This document shows, one piece after another, positions 57,709 to 64,000 of a DNA stretch of 64,000 nucleotides. The stretch covers positions 31,076-95,075 of the forward strand of contig JBHLMG010000009.1 of assembly GCA_048938385.1 (NCBI GenBank), written 5' to 3'. A program made the position numbers and the translations under genes. Each line of letters starts with the position of its first letter. The first letter of the stretch is position 1. The notes beneath the pieces were generated by a model. It did not search any database. It was not told where the DNA came from and was given only the letters and a program-made list of their open reading frames with translations. Source of the DNA: Promethearchaeota archaeon. Lineage in GTDB: Archaea > Asgardarchaeota > Hermodarchaeia > Hermodarchaeales > Hermodarchaeaceae.

Positions 57709-58575
57709 GTGCATCCCTTGGACCGGAACTTAGCATCTTTTCTCTCCGCAGTAATAATCCTAATCCTTTTTGTGATTCTCGCTGGGCTCAATTTAATTCC
57801 TTTGCAGATGGCCATGTGGCTCCCTTTACTTGGGTTGCTTCTATGCAGTTTAATCATAGGATGGGGTGGCACATATCGCACTGTATACCTACTAATCTAT
57901 TCGTTCCTCATCTACATGGGGCTGATGCTTTTTCTTGCAATCAATGCCACCTTCCTTTCTGGTCAAGTGTTTGGGCCTCTTTCTTTTAGTCAAATCAACG
58001 ATGCATGGTCGAGCTTCCAGGGCTTTGTGAATACCATTCCATTTCTCCCTTTTCTTTCCTCTCTTGCTTTAGTAGTTCGGACAACTCTTGGCGATTCGCT
58101 ATTAGCAATTTTTCTTGAATTTCTCGTCGCCTCCTTATTTTCAGGATTCCTTGCTCTCCTCCTTACCGGAATTAGTGGATACCTCACTAGATCCACAAGA
58201 TTGCATGTTGTGACGGCCCCCGAAACCCCCTCTGAACTTCCTGAGTCTCCTATTCCCTCAAGTCCTCCAGCTGTCCCAACTCCCCATACAGCTACTGCTC
58301 CCGTTCAAACTGTAACTCCGCCCATGGCTCCTTCACAAACACCGCCTGCCTTCCCGCCTCCTCGGCCTGTTGAAGATGCTCTACCTCCACCCCCTTCAGT
58401 CCCAAAAGGTGGATCACCTAGCGCCAAAGCGATCGCCGGTGTTAGAGGTAAGGTTGACAAACACCTCAAAGGCACCGGCCAAAAGGCTCCAGCTGGTCAA
58501 ACTCGCTGTCCTCATTGTCAAGCCACGGTGATACAAGGTTCACGATTCTGTAACGCCTGTCAAAGAGAAATTTAG
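57709..58575 (+). CDS. Membrane protein with Pro-rich linker and C-terminal zinc ribbon
   Basis: 4-5 TM helices, P-rich stretch, CPHC..FCNAC. Confidence 0.7.
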   Translation: MHPLDRNLASFLSAVIILILFVILAGLNLIPLQMAMWLPLLGLLLCSLIIGWGGTYRTVYLLIYSFLIYMGLMLFLAINATFLSGQVFGPLSFSQINDAWSSFQGFVNTIPFLPFLSSLALVVRTTLGDSLLAIFLEFLVASLFSGFLALLLTGISGYLTRSTRLHVVTAPETPSELPESPIPSSPPAVPTPHTATAPVQTVTPPMAPSQTPPAFPPPRPVEDALPPPPSVPKGGSPSAKAIAGVRGKVDKHLKGTGQKAPAGQTRCPHCQATVIQGSRFCNACQREI

Positions 58576-58872
58576 GTCCAAATAATCAGCACATATTCGT
58601 GTCTTCAAGCCTATACAAATAAGCAACATTTATATAGTAGACTCTTTAAATCAGTCGAAACTCGAAGCTTTAAGAGTTTCGACGCATCGCGCGGGACGAC
58701 ACCCCAATAATGTACACCGTCACTCGCTCTCCAAGCGCTTCTTATCATGAGGTCGGAGAGGGTTCTCTATCCATGCAACTACCTGCTAACATCACTCCGT
58801 ATAGATGTCCTTCGTCTAAACGGAGGGTTGGTACTCACCGCGCAACTACTCAACTCATTGGTAGGTCCCCAA

Positions 58873-59841
58873 ATGGCAAATCCCGCTCAAACAGCCCAAA
58901 GCACTCGCACTCCTCGACTTCAGGACAACACCGAGTCCATAACAGGTTGCAGTGACTGTGGCAACGCAAATATCATTCGTGATCCCGTCCGCGGTGAAGT
59001 TATCTGTACAAACTGTGGGCTAGTCCTTGACTCACATATGGTGGACCAAGGGCCTGAATGGCGAGCATTTACTAGCGAAGAACGCGATAAACGCGCACGC
59101 ACAGGTAGTCCCATCGATTACACACGCCACGATAAGGGTCTTAGTACTACAATTGATTGGCGTGATCGTGATGCAAATGGACGCAAACTGGCTCCGGGGC
59201 TTCGAGCACAGATTTATCGCCTCCGCAAATGGCAAATCCGTACACGGGTTCACTCAAGCATCGATCGAAATCTCGCACGCGCGATGAGCGAACTTGACCG
59301 AATTACGAGTCAGCTCAGCGTTCCACGCCCCGTGAAAGAGGCTTCAGCGATATTGTATCGCCGAACTGTCGAACGACGCTTAATCCGAGGTCGTAGTATC
59401 GAAGCAATGATCGCTGCTTGCGTATACGCTGGTTGCCGCCTCCGCCAAGTTCCACGAACTTTGGATGAGATCGCTCATCACAGCCGCATCAACCGGAAAG
59501 AGCTAGGCCGCTGTTACCGTCTCCTCCTGCGTAAACTTGACATGCGCGTACCCATTTCTAAACCCGCCGACTTTGTGCCTCGCTTCGCTCAAGCTTTAAC
59601 TGTTAGCAGCCGGGTCCAGCGTCGAGCGATTAACATCTTGGACTTGGCAAAAACACGGGGCATTACTGCTGGTAAAGACCCAACAGGACTCGCAGCAGCT
59701 ACATTATATATTGCTTCAATTCAGGAAGGTGAACGACGCACGCAACGCGAAATCGCCAATGTTGCACGCGTTACCGAAGTAACAGTTCGGAATCGGTACA
59801 AAGAGATGGTTCGTGTTCTAAATCTTCAGGTAGAGATTTAG
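58873..59841 (+). CDS. tfb: Transcription initiation factor IIB, copy 1
   Basis: CSDC..CTNCG Zn ribbon, GPEWRAF, LIRGRSI, GKDPTGLAA, TEVTVRNRYKE; likely start ATG 58873. Confidence 0.95.
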   Translation: MANPAQTAQSTRTPRLQDNTESITGCSDCGNANIIRDPVRGEVICTNCGLVLDSHMVDQGPEWRAFTSEERDKRARTGSPIDYTRHDKGLSTTIDWRDRDANGRKLAPGLRAQIYRLRKWQIRTRVHSSIDRNLARAMSELDRITSQLSVPRPVKEASAILYRRTVERRLIRGRSIEAMIAACVYAGCRLRQVPRTLDEIAHHSRINRKELGRCYRLLLRKLDMRVPISKPADFVPRFAQALTVSSRVQRRAINILDLAKTRGITAGKDPTGLAAATLYIASIQEGERRTQREIANVARVTEVTVRNRYKEMVRVLNLQVEI

Positions 59842-60103
59842 TAAAAAGAATGGGCTCATTGGCTACCCTCACTATCAGGCGTTAGGGCGTAAAGCTTAAA
59901 TATTTGTTTTAGTAGTAAAATAATGGGAAAGTTTAAAAGGCTATCGACAACCACCGCGGAGATTTCTGCTGTATCTCGCTAAACGGTGCACGATCCCAGT
60001 CCCTGTGTTGACTCTGGGATTTGTTCTGACGCAAATTGAATCTTTGATGCGGAAAGCCGTAACCAATTCCTTCCTTTCCCTCACTCAAGGAGGAAGTAAA
60101 AAG

Positions 60104-61060
60104 ATGGAAGAAAATTCGTCAATCCATGACCGAAACCGGATCGCTATCCAAGAAGAGCACCGTGCGTGTCCTGATTGCGGTGCTACGGAAGCAGTCCGTG
60201 ATGAGAGCCGTGGGGAAATCGCCTGCGCGAACTGTGGATTAGTCCTAGATGACAATACTATTGATTCTGGTCCTGAATGGCGGGCTTTCACCAGCGAGGA
60301 ACGTGATAAACGCGCACGCACAGGCAGTCCTATTAACTATGCAATTCAAGATCATGACCTAAGTACGATGATTGATTGGCGTAACCGCGACGCGTCCGGT
60401 CGACAGATATCATCCAACCGCCGGGCTGAAATTTACCGATTACGCAAATGGCAGCGCCGTTCACGAGTTCATTCTAGTATTGAACGGAACCTCGCTAGCG
60501 CTATGAGTGAACTCGATCGTTTAAGCAGTCAACTCGGCGTGTCTCGAACAGTGAAAGATACAGCAGCTGTTATGTACCGTCGTGCCCTTGAACGTCGATT
60601 GATTCGAGGACGTAGCATCGATGCCATGATTGCCGCCGCAATGTATGCTGCTTGTCGGCTTCGAGAGGCACCCTGTACTCTAGACGAGATTGCTCACCAC
60701 AGCCGCATCAACCGGAAGGAGCTAGGTCGCTGCTATCGCCTTCTGCTCCTTCGATTAGATGTTCAAATGCCCGTTTCGCAACCTACCAACTTCATTCCAC
60801 GATTTGCCCAAGCCTTAGGCTTGAGTAGTCGGGTTCAACGCCATGCAACAAACATCCTCGAACGAGCCCGGGCTAAAGGCATTACAGCTGGGAAGGATCC
60901 CACGGGGCTAGCCGCTTCTTCACTATACATCAGTGCCATCATGGAAGCTGAGCGTCGTACGCAACGCGAAATCGCAGAAGTGGCTCATGTCACAGAAGTG
61001 ACGGTTCGAAACCGTTACAAGGAACTTGTCCGCGAGCTCCAATTAGCAGTAGACTTCTAG
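60104..61060 (+). CDS. tfb: Transcription initiation factor IIB, copy 2
   Basis: CPDC..CANCG and the same core motifs; AGGAGG SD before ATG 60104. Confidence 0.95.
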   Translation: MEENSSIHDRNRIAIQEEHRACPDCGATEAVRDESRGEIACANCGLVLDDNTIDSGPEWRAFTSEERDKRARTGSPINYAIQDHDLSTMIDWRNRDASGRQISSNRRAEIYRLRKWQRRSRVHSSIERNLASAMSELDRLSSQLGVSRTVKDTAAVMYRRALERRLIRGRSIDAMIAAAMYAACRLREAPCTLDEIAHHSRINRKELGRCYRLLLLRLDVQMPVSQPTNFIPRFAQALGLSSRVQRHATNILERARAKGITAGKDPTGLAASSLYISAIMEAERRTQREIAEVAHVTEVTVRNRYKELVRELQLAVDF

Positions 61061-61127
61061 ACCTGATTAACATCAGCTAGACTTAATTACGAAGTTACAG
61101 CAAAGAGGTCGCGGAGGCCTTGCAGTC

Positions 61128-61649
61128 TTGACTAATCCTGTCGAATTTGAAGAGCTTACCCGAGAAGAGTTACTCCAGATAATAGACATGTATGCAAAGA
61201 ATTGGCTCGCAATCGATGGAACCTGGTTTCTCGCAGTCGAACAGAAATTCGGAATTGATACTGCTATCGAACTCGATACTGAATCTTGGAGACGGTTCTC
61301 ACCAATTGAAGCTAGACGAATCATGAAAGAGATGCACATTCCACCTAATTCAGGACTGGAAGGATTGAAGAAAGCCCTTCAATACCGTGTCTATGCAACA
61401 CTGAATAAGCAATCAATCGAGGATGTTAACGAGGCTCAGTTCATATTTCGAATGGAAAAATGTCGAGTTCAAGACGCTAGGAAACGCAAAGGATTACCTG
61501 ATTTTCCTTGCAAAACAGTTGGCATAGTCGAGTATTCCGAATTTGCTAAAACTATTGATCCAAAAATTACTACACGCTGTCTAGGTTGTCCACCAGACCC
61601 GCATCCTGATGAGTGGTGGTGTGCTTGGGAATTTACACTTAGAAAGTAA
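61128..61649 (+). CDS. DUF6125-like protein
   Basis: WLAIDGTWF, CRVQDARKRKGLPDFPCK, CLGCPPDPHP..WCAWEF. Confidence 0.75.
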   Translation: MTNPVEFEELTREELLQIIDMYAKNWLAIDGTWFLAVEQKFGIDTAIELDTESWRRFSPIEARRIMKEMHIPPNSGLEGLKKALQYRVYATLNKQSIEDVNEAQFIFRMEKCRVQDARKRKGLPDFPCKTVGIVEYSEFAKTIDPKITTRCLGCPPDPHPDEWWCAWEFTLRK

Positions 61650-61850
61650 TTTCTTGATAAACAATTGTCCACATTTTTTTGTGTCTGATTTAACTTGGAG
61701 GGAATCGTCACGATAACTAACCGATTCAGATCTTATAAAATAGCGATGTAAAGACCGTCAGATTTAACAGCTAAATAAAAAAGAAATATCGCATGAAATT
61801 TATTAAATTAGTAACCTGACCTTTGTGCAGAAAAGATAACTGGTGTGTAA

Positions 61851-62762
61851 ATGATGCAAGGTGATCCATTTTCCCAATTCTTACAAACCCTATCCATATG
61901 GTGGCAACTATGGGGATGGCGCTTTCTTCCCATTATTGGCCTAATCATCGTTTGGATAACACTATTCATTTCTTACGGATTGATCCGCCGTATACTGAAA
62001 AAAAGAGTAATGAAGGCAGGCGTACCCCCTGATGCCATAAATGGGTTGAATTTAGCGATTGGACTCGCGTTCATCTACATTGCTGTTATGGCATTCGTAA
62101 TTGCTTTACCTGATATCTATTCGTACTTTACTGTCATACTAGGCACAAGTTCAATAATCATCGGCGCCGCAATTGGATTAGCTCTTGGTCAAGCGGTGCG
62201 CAATTTTGTTTCAGGACTATATGTGATTTTTTCAAGGCCATTTCATGTCGAAGATTATGTCCGAATAGGGAATAAAGAAGGTGTAGTTAAAGAAATCAGC
62301 ATGAATTACACAAAAATTCTACAACCAGATGGATCAGATATTCTAGTCCCAAATAGCGTAGTACTCGAATCTGATGTTACAAATTATATGTTTGAAAAGA
62401 AAAAACTCGAAGGCTTATTACAGACTACACAAAGTGCAAATACCACCCGGAAAAAGGTGCTTAGCAAGGTCAGTAAAGTCATAGAAGTTAAAAAAGTAGT
62501 ACGCTATGTTTTTCCAATGGCGTTTCATACTAGTAGCGATTTACGAAAATTGCGAACTAGCTTCGATCAAGTATGCAAGCAATGGGAAAAGAAGTTTGGA
62601 TTTCAACCCCTATACGAAATCACTGAAGTTGAACAATTCGCCTTTACCTACAATTTCACCATCTTTTCCGATAGTGCTAGAAAAATCCTTGAATTCAAGC
62701 CACTGTTTATGGATAAAATTCTGAACGCAATTTTCCTCTCTGAAACTGCTCCAACGCAATGA
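61851..62762 (+). CDS. MscS-family mechanosensitive channel
   Basis: GLALGQAVRNFVSG..SRPFHVEDYV, VPN. Confidence 0.82.
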   Translation: MMQGDPFSQFLQTLSIWWQLWGWRFLPIIGLIIVWITLFISYGLIRRILKKRVMKAGVPPDAINGLNLAIGLAFIYIAVMAFVIALPDIYSYFTVILGTSSIIIGAAIGLALGQAVRNFVSGLYVIFSRPFHVEDYVRIGNKEGVVKEISMNYTKILQPDGSDILVPNSVVLESDVTNYMFEKKKLEGLLQTTQSANTTRKKVLSKVSKVIEVKKVVRYVFPMAFHTSSDLRKLRTSFDQVCKQWEKKFGFQPLYEITEVEQFAFTYNFTIFSDSARKILEFKPLFMDKILNAIFLSETAPTQ

Positions 62763-62803
62763 TAGCCCCGTATAGTGTGTAAAGAAGTCAAGGCAATGGC
62801 TTT

Positions 62804-63898
62804 TTGGGAAATCAAATATTATTTACAAAGGTGTGTTTGATGTTGTGGTCATTTCAGCAAAAATCTATTAAATCTGGCCTTCCTCCTGGAACTCCGGTAT
62901 ACATTGGTGAAAAGAAACCAAAAAATACACGAATAACAGTCATCGAGTATGACGAGGCTACTCTCATTCAAAAAGAAGTTAAAACTGTGGAAGAATGCCT
63001 ACCATTCAAAGATAGTGCAAAGGTAACCTGGTTTAAAATTGTAGGTTTGAAGCAAATTAAGCTTTTAGAACAACTTGGAGATCATTTCAAGCTCCATCCT
63101 CTTGTGATCGAAGATATCGTAAATACTACGCAACGGTCTAAAATTGAAGATTATGGTGATTTTCTCTTCATTGTCGTAAGAGATGTCAATTACGATGAAG
63201 ACGAAATCCAATCTAATCAAATAAGCATCGTTTTAGGAACCAACTTTGTCATTTCATTTCAAGAGCGGCAAGAAGTACTCTTGCAACCAATTCTGGAGAG
63301 AATTCAGAATAGTCGAGGAATCATTCGGCGAATGAAAAACGATTTTCTTGCTTACACAATCCTGGATACTGTTTTGGATAACTACTTTGTAGTTATGGAA
63401 AAAATAAGTGATAAAATTGAGTTATTAGAAGACGAGCTAGTCAGTAATCCGACACAAGATACTCTACACAAAATACACCATTTAAAGCAGAATCTTATTG
63501 TTTTACGAAAATCGATTTGGCCTTTCAGAGAGGTTGTTAGTCGAATGGAACGAGGTCGATTTGGTCTCATCGACGAGAAACTCATTCTCTACATTCGTGA
63601 TATCTACGATCATTCTATACAAGTCATGGAAACCGTGGAAACCTATCGGGATATGTTGTCTGGAATGCTTGATATCTATCTATCCAGTGTCAGTAATAGA
63701 ATGAATGAGGTAATGAAGGTTCTCACTATTATTGCTACGATTTTCATTCCACTCACTCTTATCGCAGGGATATATGGTATGAATTTTCGCTTCATGCCAG
63801 AACTTGAAATACCGCTTGCTTATCCTCTCGTCTGGCTATCTATGGCCGTAATTGGTTTGATCATGCTTGTATTTTTCAGACAAAAAAGGTGGATCTAG
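62804..63898 (+). CDS. corA: Mg2+/Co2+ transporter CorA (likely start ATG 62840)
   Basis: GLPPGT, LHPLVIEDI, GIYGMNF, MPEL. Confidence 0.95.
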   Translation: MGNQILFTKVCLMLWSFQQKSIKSGLPPGTPVYIGEKKPKNTRITVIEYDEATLIQKEVKTVEECLPFKDSAKVTWFKIVGLKQIKLLEQLGDHFKLHPLVIEDIVNTTQRSKIEDYGDFLFIVVRDVNYDEDEIQSNQISIVLGTNFVISFQERQEVLLQPILERIQNSRGIIRRMKNDFLAYTILDTVLDNYFVVMEKISDKIELLEDELVSNPTQDTLHKIHHLKQNLIVLRKSIWPFREVVSRMERGRFGLIDEKLILYIRDIYDHSIQVMETVETYRDMLSGMLDIYLSSVSNRMNEVMKVLTIIATIFIPLTLIAGIYGMNFRFMPELEIPLAYPLVWLSMAVIGLIMLVFFRQKRWI

Positions 63899-64000
63899 GG
63901 CAAAAACTTTCAATGGCTTCTTGATATTTCAACAAAGAATGAAATGCCTTCATATCTAGGGCAATCACTGGAAATGCGAAAATCAATGTAAGAAAATAAA

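Noticed and set aside
1-64000. Mobile elements, proviruses, defence islands, rRNA or tRNA genes
   Set aside because: No transposase, integrase, terminal repeats or structural RNA signatures recognised by eye; a tRNAscan/Infernal run would be needed to exclude them fully

Overview
Gene-dense archaeal chromosomal window. Evidence: two TFB genes, A/V-type ATPase subunits, F420-dependent Mtd, tungsten-type AOR, TrmI, TATA-like promoters and GGAGG(TG) Shine-Dalgarno (SD) motifs. The gene style suggests an anaerobic, possibly Asgard-type archaeon, but that is inference. I see no rRNA, tRNA, CRISPR array or mobile element. Contents in order: a partial secreted gingipain/C25-like peptidase; an SPFH/Zn-ribbon membrane-stress module; an SCP2-ADH-AOR cluster; hypD, an FrhB/FpoF-like gene and mtd beside a complex-I-like membrane complex that has a group-4-hydrogenase-type small subunit; a divergent CysRS; a fragmented A-type ATP synthase locus (I-K; C; H-E); a P2A Ca2+-ATPase; an ABC exporter; the histidine utilisation genes hutH/hutI/ftcD/hutU; fdhD; a RIO kinase; tandem TFBs; MscS; CorA. 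The stand-out is atpK (30799-34242). This single 1147-aa proteolipid contains 15 tandem c-subunit hairpins, and every hairpin keeps the ion-carrying Glu (VVLAEAL). It is a candidate single-chain c15 rotor (predicted 5 ions per ATP), longer than the 13-hairpin precedent in Methanopyrus kandleri. It is paired with a subunit I that appears to lack its distal stator lobe, and a bacterial-style AtpZ/ATPase-gene-1-like protein lies nearby.
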